A DNA stretch of 63,999 nt, counting the filler, from Octopus bimaculoides (Eukaryota), in assembly GCF_001194135.2 (NCBI RefSeq). It is 5 parts of 5 records of this genome, joined end to end, with 100 filler letters (N's around TTAATTAATTAA, not from the genome) between each part and the next. Parts side by side here need not be neighbours in the genome. Positions count along the whole stretch, not along the records: positions 1 to 25,916 come from NC_068984.1; 4 more parts are not named here. One strand, written 5' to 3'. The position numbers and the translations under genes are program-made. Each line of letters begins with the position of its first letter. Position 1 is the first letter of the stretch. Positions 13,001-23,263 of the stretch are shown one piece after another. A model generated the notes under the pieces. The model was not told the DNA's origin. It worked only from the letters and a program-made list of their open reading frames with translations, and ran no database searches.

Positions 13001-13553
13001 CATTTTTTGTTTTATAGTGCATTGTTGTACCATTCTAAACATTTTATTCTTTAATTATTCAAATATTTAGCAGTTACTCACAAATATATATGAAGTATGT
13101 TCATCCTTTCTTCTGAAAACATGAACCAGTATAAACCTTGTACAAGAGCCTCTATGTGGTCAATCAATTTTTAAGAATAACTGCCAAATCTCCCTCAAAA
13201 CACTCCATACCATCTTAAGGACATCTCAAAAGGACATATCTGAGACACAATTCATAATATAGCCCTAGATATACATGGTCAGGAAAAAAATTCCTCATGA
13301 CAAGCATGCTTCTCATTGTAAGTCTGCTCATTCAGAGATGGCCTGGGGCTTAACAACATATTTTAATCTGTTAACAGTATCAGTTTTATTACCACTTTAA
13401 TGTGTTATAATTCTAGCAATATTTTTCAACCTTTCTACATTGACAACATCCCAAAATGATATTGGTTTGCTGCATTCTTAATTAATGTTCATTAGAACTT
13501 TTATTAGATATACGTTATAATTATCATCACTGCCATTTGATTTTTGTGCATTA

Positions 13554-13689
13554 TACAGGGTGATTCAAAAGTTGCCATACATAAGAACAATATATTTTTT
13601 TTATAAGAAACAGACAGTTTTTTTAATTCACTGTTTCTTATAAAAAAATAAATTTTTCCTATGTATGGTAACTTTCAAATCACCCCGTA
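13554..13689. mobile_element. Tc1/mariner-type MITE, almost wholly palindromic
   Basis: TA flanks; ends tacagggtgattcaaaagttgccatacata and tatgtatggtaactttcaaatcaccccgta are reverse complements at 26/30; inner ttataagaaacag/ctgtttcttataa also pair. Confidence 0.85.
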
Positions 13690-14054
13690 GTTTTTAATGC
13701 AGTAGAATTTAGCAATTTTGCAGCAATATTTGACACAACAGTTGAAAATAATATATTAAGATTTGATTGCTGTATGACAGAGTTGAAAATTATTAGCTGC
13801 CATAATTGAAGAATTGATGAACTTTTTAAGTGACCTCTATGTGGTCACCCAACCCACAGCGAAAAATAACAGCCAAATGTCTGAAGGAAAATGGGATTGT
13901 CAGTGCTGGAATTCTTTTAACCATAGGTTTGCTTGACCATGACTAACTTGGGGCTAAACAACAATATTGCAGTTGTTGTTGGTGAGGGAGAGGTTTTTAT
14001 ACTAACAAGAAATTAACATTAAAATAGTTATGAGAAGAATGCTAATGGTATCAC

Positions 14055-14225
14055 CTCCTAAGTCAGAATTAGATAAATTGTTTGAACTTTCAGATGAGAA
14101 TTCATGAAGTAATTTCTTGTCGATTAACTTTTGTTCGGGTGATTTTTCAGTGTAAGTGAGCAAGAAATTCATTGCACTGAAAAGTGACTTCTTTGGAACA
14201 GGTCCCTTGACAACATCAAAGAGTT
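14055..14225 (-). CDS. TP53BP1: TP53BP1 exon, start of BRCT1 (LFDVVKGPVPKKSLFSAMNFLLTYTE...)
   Basis: aatttcag acceptor, 171 nt; aligns with human GPLPLNKTLFLGYAFLLT. The gtgata donor is weak, so the 3' boundary is less certain. Confidence 0.85.
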
Positions 14226-14740
14226 CTGAAATTAATCAAAATACAAATATAGAAGTCTTAGAGGAAGATAGAGTACGGAAAAGAGAAAAAGAAATGAAAG
14301 AAAATAACAGGTTTTTTTTTTTCTCTTTTGTCTTTTAGACGAAACACAAAACTACCTACATGTAGGGGATAATAACACAGTGTAACAAATTTTTTTTTTT
14401 GTCTTTGGTCTGTAGGTGTTATTTTCTGTTTGCTTCTATCTAGAAACCAATGGAAATGACTACTATTCCCTTCAAACTTTGCTTTTGTGACCTGGACATC
14501 AATGTTGTTATGAGTAGTAGTTGGGGAGCATGATAGCCATGCGTTGAGAGGGATTCTTTGGGGTTTGAATAAATGTAACAAAGGCAAAGTTTGAAAGAAA
14601 TATTAGCCATTTTTCATATTTTCTGGGGGTAAGCAAATAGGAAATAAGAGTTGCTACACAAGGACAAAAATCGTATTGCATAGTGTAATTCATTCAATCC
14701 AATGTAATCAAAAGGGAGGAGATGCATCAGTATATGGTGA

Positions 14741-15077
14741 TAATTTCAGGAACAAAAAGCAACAAGTATCTCGAGAGAAAAGCTGAACATTAGAAGCATC
14801 AGTTGTGGTGTGCAAGAGAGACGATTGCGCTGGTATGGACATGTGGTGAGAATGGATGAGGATAGCTGCGTGAAAAAGTGCCACACCCTAACAGTTGAGG
14901 GAACCCGTGGAAGAGGTAGGCCCAGGAAGACCTGGGCTGAGGTGGTGAGGCAAGACCTTCGTACATTGGGCCTCACCGAGGCGATAACTACTGACCGAGA
15001 CCTTTGGAAATGTGCTGTGCGTGAGAAGACCCGGCAAGCCAAGTAAGATCGTTGCCAGTGCCCCTGGACTGGCTCTT
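14741..15077 (+). mobile_element. young RTE LINE ORF2 C-terminus, running into a gap
   Basis: RRLRWYGHVVRMDEDSCVKKC...GTRGRGRPRKTW...LGLTEA...DRDLWK; CpGs intact. Confidence 0.9.
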
Positions 15078-15959
15078 NNNNNNNNNNNNNNNNNNNNNNN
15101 NNNNNNNNNNNNNNNNNNNNNNNNNNNNNNNNNNNNNNNNNNNNNNNNNNNNNNNNNNNNNNNNNNNNNNNNNNNNNNNNNNNNNNNNNNNNNNNNNNNN
15201 NNNNNNNNNNNNNNNNNNNNNNNNNNNNNNNNNNNNNNNNNNNNNNNNNNNNNNNNNNNNNNNNNNNNNNNNNNNNNNNNNNNNNNNNNNNNNNNNNNNN
15301 NNNNNNNNNNNNNNNNNNNNNNNNNNNNNNNNNNNNNNNNNNNNNNNNNNNNNNNNNNNNNNNNNNNNNNNNNNNNNNNNNNNNNNNNNNNNNNNNNNNN
15401 NNNNNNNNNNNNNNNNNNNNNNNNNNNNNNNNNNNNNNNNNNNNNNNNNNNNNNNNNNNNNNNNNNNNNNNNNNNNNNNNNNNNNNNNNNNNNNNNNNNN
15501 NNNNNNNNNNNNNNNNNNNNNNNNNNNNNNNNNNNNNNNNNNNNNNNNNNNNNNNNNNNNNNNNNNNNNNNNNNNNNNNNNNNNNNNNNNNNNNNNNNNN
15601 NNNNNNNNNNNNNNNNNNNNNNNNNNNNNNNNNNNNNNNNNNNNNNNNNNNNNNNNNNATCAAAAATTCTTTCTAGGAATGTTTGAAAAACAAAACCAAC
15701 AGGTAAGGATGATAACTCCAATAATATTAGCTAAGACAGGTTTAAGTTTTTAATGCAATACATGGGGGAAATGGACACAAGTGTCATAATCAGGAACATT
15801 GGTAGTGATGTTGATGGTTGACTATCTCTTTACAACACAATAGGGGCAGGTGGGGATGCAGATAAAACAGGAAACAATATGTTGTCTGGTGGGATCTATG
15901 TACACACACATATATGTATACACACACACACACCTTGTGTGTGTGTAAGCTACTAACTA

Positions 15960-16400
15960 CTTCTAGGGAGCTGACTGGGCATTTGATCAAATCTATTTTC
16001 CAAGCACTCTTAGTGCTTACTGCATTTGAAAGCTACCTTCTGTTAGCTGTCTGTAATTCCACTTCGCCTCTTGCGTGTCTATTGTTTACACGGGGCACAG
16101 CTTATGGAAACTCCTTTTCTGCATACAGAAAAATGTCCATTTCCCTGATAGTATCAGTGTCCTGTCTTCCTACAAACTAAAACATTTGCTGTTGCTAAGT
16201 TTACTTTGAGGCACTTCAATTCCAGATTTTGCTTCCATACCTGGAATTTCTATTTCAATTCTTCTACAGACTCTATTTAAGAGCCAGGTCATCAACATAC
16301 ACAAGTTCAGAAGGACAACCAGTTTCACAGCTTAGAAGATTATAATAAACAGGAAGGGGCTAAAAATTGATGAACCTAGCAGACCCTGCACATATGCTAA
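15960..16400 (-). mobile_element. decayed RTE RT fragment
   Basis: tccagattttgcttccatacctggaatttc is shared with 6980-7010 of the long RTE copy. Confidence 0.65.
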
Positions 16401-16904
16401 ATTCATCAAATTCCTCACTGAACTCAATGCTGTATGGTCTTCACAAGCTATTCATCTATTTGTTGTTTATTTAATTAAGGATTCATCTTTTAGAAATGTT
16501 CCATGTAGTGAATATCTAAACATTTGTGCAAATGGAAAATCGAAAATAAAAGAAGAAAATGATCAACTACAAAAAAGCAAAAGAAGAATATTTTATAAAA
16601 ATTCTAAAACTGAAAATGAACCAGAAACGGTCAACACCATTACTAAAAACAACTTCCACTATGGAGATTACCTCAAAACAAGTGTTTCTGAAAAATGGAA
16701 CAATGAAAGCACTTGCACACAATACAAAAAGGTTTGTGTCATTCTTTTTTTTAAAAGATTTTTTTTAAATAGTTAATAACTCTTAAGAAAAATTTTCTTT
16801 AAATATGTGTGTATGTGTGTGTGTTTGTGTGTGTCTTTGCATATGTATATATGTTTGTATGTATGTATTTATTTATGTACGCAATTTTTATATTAAAGGT
16901 TTAC

Positions 16905-16991
16905 CTTTTTTAGCACGTCGATTTGTTTCTTCATAATTATGTTTGGGAGATGCAATAGCAGCTCCAATATGGCAGATGCTGACATCAGAAT
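16905..16991 (-). CDS. TP53BP1: TP53BP1 linker exon (DSDVSICHIGAAIASPKHNYEETNRRAKK)
   Basis: ctttttcag acceptor, gtaaac donor, 87 nt, open frame, phase 1 to 1; sequence itself poorly conserved. Confidence 0.75.
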
Positions 16992-17579
16992 CTGAAAAAG
17001 ATAAAAATTATTTTTTTAATATTTAATACACATCACTTTCTTGTGTCACTCATCAATCTATATTTCATCTGAAATACAACTAATAAAAGTCTCTGACTAA
17101 TGAACCTATTGAGTCAAATGTTTTGCTGTTGTAGCAACACTAATCTACAACTACAACCACCACTACAACTACTACTTAGATTGAACTTCTCACCCACTAC
17201 TAATCTTCCATTCTTTCTTAATATTTATAAAAAAAGGCACCACTGATATAACTGGTGACCACAATATCACATGATTCTTAAGTTCAATAAGTCTTTGAAA
17301 AAAAAACACAGACAGACAGTGATTGCATCAAGTAGTAGGAATATAACATGAAACAACCAAAAACAAATATAACAACAGCAGCAATGGCGATGACAACGAC
17401 AGCAACGATAATGACAATGGAGAATGATTGACAGAGAACAGTACAGACATGTATTTTGTATTTAAGATATGGCACAAAGCCTACTGGAAATGTGTGAATA
17501 TACAATCTTTAAGTCAGAAGTTCAATATTTTATTCAAAAGAGTCTTAAGTAAAGAAGAAAATGAATATAAGAAAAATAC

Positions 17580-17720
17580 CTTTTTTGAAGGCAGATGCTT
17601 TTCTTTTATGAGTTGGTGTACTCATTGCTTGTGGTTCCATTCTTGTCAATTTCTTAGTTTTTTCATTTTCAGATAAAACTTTCCGACTGGCTGAACGCCG
17701 TGATCCATCAACCAAATTAT
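17580..17720 (-). CDS. TP53BP1: TP53BP1 exon, second half of UDR and basic linker (DNLVDGSRRSASRK...TPTHKRKASAFKK)
   Basis: cattaaag acceptor, gtattt donor, 141 nt, phase 1 to 1; splicing rebuilds SLDNLV as in human SLDNLVEGKR. Confidence 0.88.
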
Positions 17721-17784
17721 CTTTAATGATAAACAATAAGCTTTGAACTGGGCACGAACATGGTTTGCTGAATAAATGGACATG

Positions 17785-18135
17785 TCATCATCATCATCAT
17801 TTAACATCTATTTTCCATGCTGGCAAGGGAAAGCTGGGGAGCTGCACCACGTTCCAATCCGATTTGGCATAGTTTCCACAGCTGGATGCCCTTCCTAGCG
17901 CCAACCACTATAAGAGTATAGTGGGTGCCTTTTACATGCCACCAGCATGGCTGCCATTGATGTGACACCAACATTGACTTAACAATCTCACTTGACTTAA
18001 CAGGTCTTCTCAAGCACGGTATATTGCCAAAGGTATTGGTCACCTGTCATTGCCTCTGTGAGGCCCAACACTCAAACTGCTTTTTATGTGCCACTGGTAC
18101 AAGTGCCAGTCAGACAGCACTGGTATCGGTCATGG
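17785..18135 (-). mobile_element. RTE 3' portion
   Basis: (CAT)n tail, family tail and ORF-end remnant. Confidence 0.8.
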
Positions 18136-18289
18136 CTATGATTTCCCTTGGCGTGATAGATTTTCTCAATGTTAATCTGCCCTAATTAGTACTGTGTCAA
18201 TTACTTTAAAATATTATTTAAATTATTAAAAAAGCCAAGCCAGCTAACTTCAGTTCAGTGTTTGTACCTACCCTTATTTATGGTCATGA

Positions 18290-18700
18290 ATGTAGGGTAA
18301 TGACTGAAAGAATATGATCATAAGTACAAGCAGCTGAAATGGAGTTCCTCCAAAGAGTCTTTGGAATAATATTATTTGATAGAGTGCATAGCTAGATCTG
18401 AGAAGCACTCCAGGTAGGGTCACTACTTATCCAAATTGAGAGATCGTAGGTCCAATACTATGGACATGTGGTAAGAATGTCTCAGGAAAAAAATCATAGA
18501 ACAGATTTTACAGGCAAAGCCAACCAGCCCTTGGGTAGGCCACGAGCAAGATAGTAGGATAACATCCATGAGCTCAGTTGGTCTTACTTGGGAATCCAAT
18601 AAGATCAATTGGAGGTGGCTGCTTCTGACAGGACCCAATGGAAGGTGTATGGGAGGACTCTACATCATGACCTTCCAAGGAATAAGTGGGTGAAGATGAT
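18290..18700 (+). mobile_element. second RTE-type LINE family, C-terminal fragment
   Basis: VQAAEMEFLQRV...IERS..QYYGHVVRM motif with stops. Confidence 0.7.
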
Positions 18701-18799
18701 CAGATGAGATGGAAAAAAACCAATTTGTAAAAACAAAATCTGTATATTACTAAACTCTGTACATTATTAATTAAAATTAAATTACAAATATAAAATAAA

Positions 18800-19064
18800 A
18801 AGTGCGGGTGGCACATAAAATACACCATTTTGAGCATGGCCGTTGCCAGTACCGCCTGACTGGCCTTCGTGCCGGTGGCACGTAAAAGCACGCACTACAC
18901 TCTCGAAGTGGTTGGCATTAGGAAGGGCATCCAGCTGTAGAAACTCTGCCAAATCAGATTGGAGCCTGGTGTAGCCATCTGGTTTCACCAGTCCTCAGTC
19001 AAACCATCCAACCCATGCTAGCATGGAAAGCGGACGTTAAACGATGATGATGATGATGATGATG
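18800..19064 (+). mobile_element. young RTE 3' tail
   Basis: Family tail ending ...gcggacgttaaacgatgatgatg; CpGs intact. Confidence 0.88.
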
Positions 19065-19266
19065 AATTCACTGAAATTATAACACATATTTGGGAATATG
19101 GTACAGCCCCTCAGCTTACCAGACCTGGTAAAACTATCCAACCCATGCCAGCATGGACAACAGATGTTAAATGATGATGCTGATGATTTGAAATAATAAA
19201 TACTAATTAAATTAAGTAATTACAATCTTAAATTTTAGGAAGGAAATATAGTAAGTGAATTCATAC

Positions 19267-19391
19267 CTAAACTAACATCAGCTCCTGATGGAACTGGTGT
19301 AGATAGCACACCAGGCATAAGCAAAAAATCTTCATCAGATAACATGAGCCCAGCTTGATCTTCAGACAGAATTACTTGTTTCCTGGAACAT
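19267..19391 (-). CDS. TP53BP1: TP53BP1 exon, end of Tudor-2 and first half of UDR (CSRKQVILSEDQ...STPVPSGADVSL)
   Basis: aacttcag acceptor, gtatga donor, 125 nt, phase 2 to 1; aligns with human RMAVILSLEQG...TPLTKAADISL. Confidence 0.92.
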
Positions 19392-19662
19392 CTGAAGTTA
19401 TGAGAAGACAAAAGAAATGTAAAATTAAAGCCCTTTTGTAACTGTGTTTCTACTGAAATATACTATGTGTTTCAATTAATTTTGAAAATAATCAAGAATT
19501 TGGTGAGGATTTAGTAAGATAACTATTTCATTATCAAACTAATATTGTTTGGTACATAACAGATAAACATGTATTCTTCCATAGATTGATGTATATCAGT
19601 TTTTAAATATACAAATGTATCAGTCATTAAAATATTAAAACATTAAAAAAAATCTATGAATA

Positions 19663-19727
19663 CATCATCATCATCATCATCATTTAACTTTCCATGCTAG
19701 CATGGGTTGGACGATTTGACTGAGGAC
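19663..19727 (-). mobile_element. very short RTE 3' tail
   Basis: (CAT)n-ttaactttccatgctagcatgggttggacgatttgactgagga, reverse complement of 18992-19064. Confidence 0.8.
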
Positions 19728-20247
19728 AATACATAAATATATAAAAATTCAATATACATATATAAATAGATGAATGGAATTAAGTTATAAAAGTGTAGAT
19801 GTATAAAAGTATAGATGTATAAAGATATATATATATATAGAGACATTTAGAATTATAGTCATATTACAAGGCATTGTAGAACGGCATTGTAAAAATTATT
19901 TAAGAATAAATATGCCCTTACAAAACGGTGAATAAAATAAAGTCTTACGAAAAGAGCAAATAAAGAAAAATCGTAGCATTGAGATTGGATTTTACAAAAA
20001 CATATGTAAATAATCTAAGAAAACAAGTAATCCTGTTTAGATAAACTGTTGGTGGTAATCCTCTTATGGCTGTTTCAGGGGCACAGTAATCCATAGATTT
20101 TAAGGGTATTTTCACCCCAAAAATTGGATACGGTCTCCTTCATCAGAGAGTATATTATTCAGGATTCACATTTATATCTTGCATCTCAGGCTTTTATCTG
20201 AGCAATTCAAACTACTGCCTATACAATACACCAAGAAATTTTACTGA

Positions 20248-20288
<41 letters not shown>

Positions 20289-20289
20289 T

Positions 20290-20436
20290 ATGACTGGCTT
20301 TCACACAGTTTTCATCAACTAAATTCACTCACAAGGTCAACCCAAGACATTTGCCTAAGGTGCTGTGCAGTGGGACTGAATCCAAAGTTACATGATTGCA
20401 AACAAAGCAAGCTTCTTAACCACACAGCAATGCCTA
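20290..20436 (-). mobile_element. tRNA-derived SINE (family B) head, decayed
   Basis: Aligns with the better-preserved copies at 55545-55705 (+) and 26219-26314 (-). Confidence 0.75.
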
Positions 20437-20476
20437 AGAAAGTTAAATAAGTTAAAAACCTCGCCGACATACTTAC

Positions 20477-20689
20477 TCAACAATTTTAGAATCGTCCATT
20501 TGAACTTGATATAAAACGTCTTCATCGGAATCAGATCCATTATATTTATAATTTATTATCATGCCTGAATCAAAAAAACCATCATCGGACTGTACCATCA
20601 CATTCTGTCCATGCGGAAGATACGTGACTGAAAGAATTTGGTTAATTTTCACCCACAATTTATCACCATCAACAAACTTCACCAAATAT
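20477..20689 (-). CDS. TP53BP1: TP53BP1 exon, Tudor-1/Tudor-2 (YLVKFVDGDKLWV...QMDDSKIVE)
   Basis: actttgtag acceptor, gtaagt donor, 213 nt, phase 2 to 2; overlaps ORF 20473-20685. Confidence 0.92.
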
Positions 20690-21243
20690 CTACAAAGTAA
20701 CCAAAATGTTTGATATTTTTAATAAAAAGTTTGCTTTTTTAAAGTTTTTTCAGTAAATGTTTCAAAAAATAGCATTTATAAAAAATAATAAGAGGGATTT
20801 TATTGCAATAAATTTAATATAAGTTATAAAAATATCCCTAATACCTTGAAAATTTCAAATGAATTTTAATACTGAACCCCAAATTGACAACAGATTTAAT
20901 AATGACAGAAAAGTGCTGGACTAGTTACTTATTGTAACTCATTCAGTATTAAGGTCCCAAAATCTCTGCTTCAAACTGGTAGCAGAGTTATCTAAAGTTA
21001 AAGAGAGAAAACAACTGAACAATGATATGTGGGACTAATGAGAAACTGTGTAGGCATTATAGTTAGATAATTAATAATAATAAGACTGAATTATCTCACA
21101 GGAGAATGAATGAACAAGTCCAAAAGTATTTCACTTGTGAAAATTTACTTCAATAAACTAAGAATTGACAAAACTAGAGTAATGCGGTCATTTAACAAGG
21201 GTATTCACAAGTTTTTCAAATCTTGAAGTGGCGAAGAAACATG

Positions 21244-21740
21244 TACAGGATGTAGTAAATATATTGTCCTCTAAATTACGCTAAAATGAAAATAACACTG
21301 ATATCTAATTTTAACAGATATATTTACCAAAATTACATAAAAATAACTTGAAATACTAAAGAGTAAATTTATTCAATAAAATCGCTATTGGCTTCAACCA
21401 CAGCCTCCAGGCGATTTCAGAATCTCCTGCAACTCTTCTGGACAGTCTCCTTGTTTAAGTTGGTGAATGCTGCCATAACCTTTGCCTTCAGTTCAACTTT
21501 GATGTTACAAGGAGTTTCGTTGATCTCTCATTCAACTGCACCCAGCGCATAACAATCGAGGGAGTTGCTGTCTGGGGAGTTAGGTTGGAAGATGTTAGGG
21601 GTGATGTGTTCACAGAAATTTTCTGACAACCATGACTGGGTTCTCCTGCTAGTGTGGCATGGTGCAGAGTCCTGTTGCCTGACATAAGACCTTCCAGCAG
21701 TCATCCTCTTCACCAAGGGGAGCACTACCTCCTCCAGGCA
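21244..21740 (-). mobile_element. DD37D (maT/Bmmar1-like) Tc1/mariner transposase 3' relic
   Basis: QQDSAPCHTSRRTQSWL...PNSPDSNSLD has 37 residues between the 2nd and 3rd catalytic Asp; continues to RLEAVVEANSDFIE* with stops. Confidence 0.85.
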
Positions 21741-22399
21741 CTTGATGTAGGCACATCCTTGTTATATGTGTGTGTGTGTGTCTGTGTGTATGTGTCTGTG
21801 TTTTTTCCCCCATCACCATTTGACAACTGGTGTTGGTGTGATTAAGTTCCTGGATCTTAGTGGTTCAGCAAAAGAGATTGATAGACTAAGTAAGTACTAG
21901 GCTTAAAAAAATAAGCTCTGGAGACTATTTGTTCGACTAAAACCCGTGAAGGCAGTGCTCCAGCACTGAAAGTCTGATAGATCTGTCATTTTAATGAATT
22001 TTAATTACTTATTTCTGATGATATCTAAAAAAGAAACAGCAATTTTAGCAAAACATATTAAGTAACACTAATAATAAATAAAAAAAACATTATATATACA
22101 CACATACACACATATGTGTAAGTGCATGTGTGTGTATTATGGTCTAAAATGTAGTAAAATTATTACAAAATGATACAACAACTTATCAACTCATTTTCTT
22201 TCCTATCAAAAGAATTCAGTTATTTTTAACTGTTTTCCCCTGCATCTTTCTCTTGGATAACAAGTAACAGGGAGACATTTTATAAGCTAGTTCAGGAAAC
22301 TCATCAGAACCACAGTCAATCTGCAGATTGGTTTCTAGAATATGGATAATAGAGGAAGACATATGTTGCAAATCATGTGAATGTTTTTTCTTAATTTAA

Positions 22400-22750
22400 T
22401 TTTTGGGTCATGATGAAGGGACAGTGCCCATTCTTCTGCAGGCCCTTCAGAACCAGAGAGACTGACAACATCAATGTTCCTCTTTAACCATTGTAAATCA
22501 ATACTTGTAAGAAAGACATGAGTAAGACGGGTGTTCTAGAAAGCCAATGTAATGGGGAGGAAGGATTGGGTATAGAGATTAGTACTGGGCCTGGAAAGTT
22601 GGACACAAGAGTGATGAAAGGAGGAGAGATAAATTCATTAGGAATATCTATGTGAAGATGGCTTGAACCAAGCTAGCTACAATGAGCAGAAGTTATTATA
22701 GTTGCAGTTGAAAAGGCAGTGAGAAGAGACAGAGCACCTATGGGCCAATC
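22400..22750 (-). mobile_element. CR1-like LINE C-terminal relic
   Basis: Minus-strand peptide RPSTNLYTQSFLP..LAF*N...IDLQWLKRNI resembles CR1 ORF2 ends. Confidence 0.55.
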
Positions 22751-22799
22751 AGTCAGGTGGCCCCTTCTGGATGCAGTCTAGGGTATCAGTTTGTGCAGC

Positions 22800-23070
22800 A
22801 GCAGCACAGTCCATGTACGTGTGTGTTTGTTTGTTTGTGCCTCCTTGTTTTGATATTGCATGATAGTTGTAAATGAGCCTCACCATCAAACAAGCAGTGT
22901 TATTTGTTTTCATTCTTCTGTGAAGACATGTTTGATCATAGGAAAACATTAGCTTGCTTGGAAACAAGTGAGAGCTGACAACAGGAAGGGCATCTCTGGC
23001 ACTAGATAATCGACCTCAACAAATTTTATCTGACCCATGCCAGCATGGAAAAGTAAACATCAAAGTAGCA
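22800..23070 (+). mobile_element. SINE-like element sharing the RTE 3' tail
   Basis: Ends caggaagggcatc...gacccatgccagcatggaaaagtaaacatcaaa like the RTE tails, but has a different upstream body. Confidence 0.55.
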
Positions 23071-23187
23071 ACAGTGGTAGAGGCAGCAGCAATAGCAACA
23101 GCTATGGTGGCAATGATGACAATTTTTAAAACAAACGAGTCAAGATATTCAAAGCTAGAAGAATTGGTTTGTCTTCCATAAACTTAC

Positions 23188-23263
23188 TTGCCATTCTTTT
23201 CAGGTGAAGCAATCTTACCCGGATAAAAGAAACTGTCTTTCCATTTTGCCATAATTAAGATAT
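23188..23263 (-). CDS. TP53BP1: TP53BP1 exon, Tudor-1 N-half (ILIMAKWKDSFFYPGKIASPEKNGK)
   Basis: tacttacag acceptor, gtaagt donor, 76 nt, phase 1 to 2; aligns with human RVVAKWSSNGYFYSGKI. Confidence 0.92.

Larger units (their letters stand above)
5460..23263 (-). other. TP53BP1: TP53BP1 orthologue, 3' portion (11 coding exons, 5'-incomplete): tandem Tudor - UDR - NLS-like linker - tandem BRCT
   Basis: Exons spliced by hand at GT-AG sites give 1427 nt in one open frame (intron phases match at all 10 junctions), ending at TAG 5460-5462. Motifs match human 53BP1 as I recall it: AKW..FFYPGKI, FVDG, VILSEDQ, TP..GADVSLDNLVDG, GPVP..SLF..FLLT, RTVKYL..LAAGIPCISHLWV, STEWVIQCLI.G. Confidence 0.95.

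Noticed and set aside
15690-15710. Plus-strand donor caacag|gtaagg suggesting an antisense gene
   Set aside because: Isolated site next to a gap; no supporting exon or ORF
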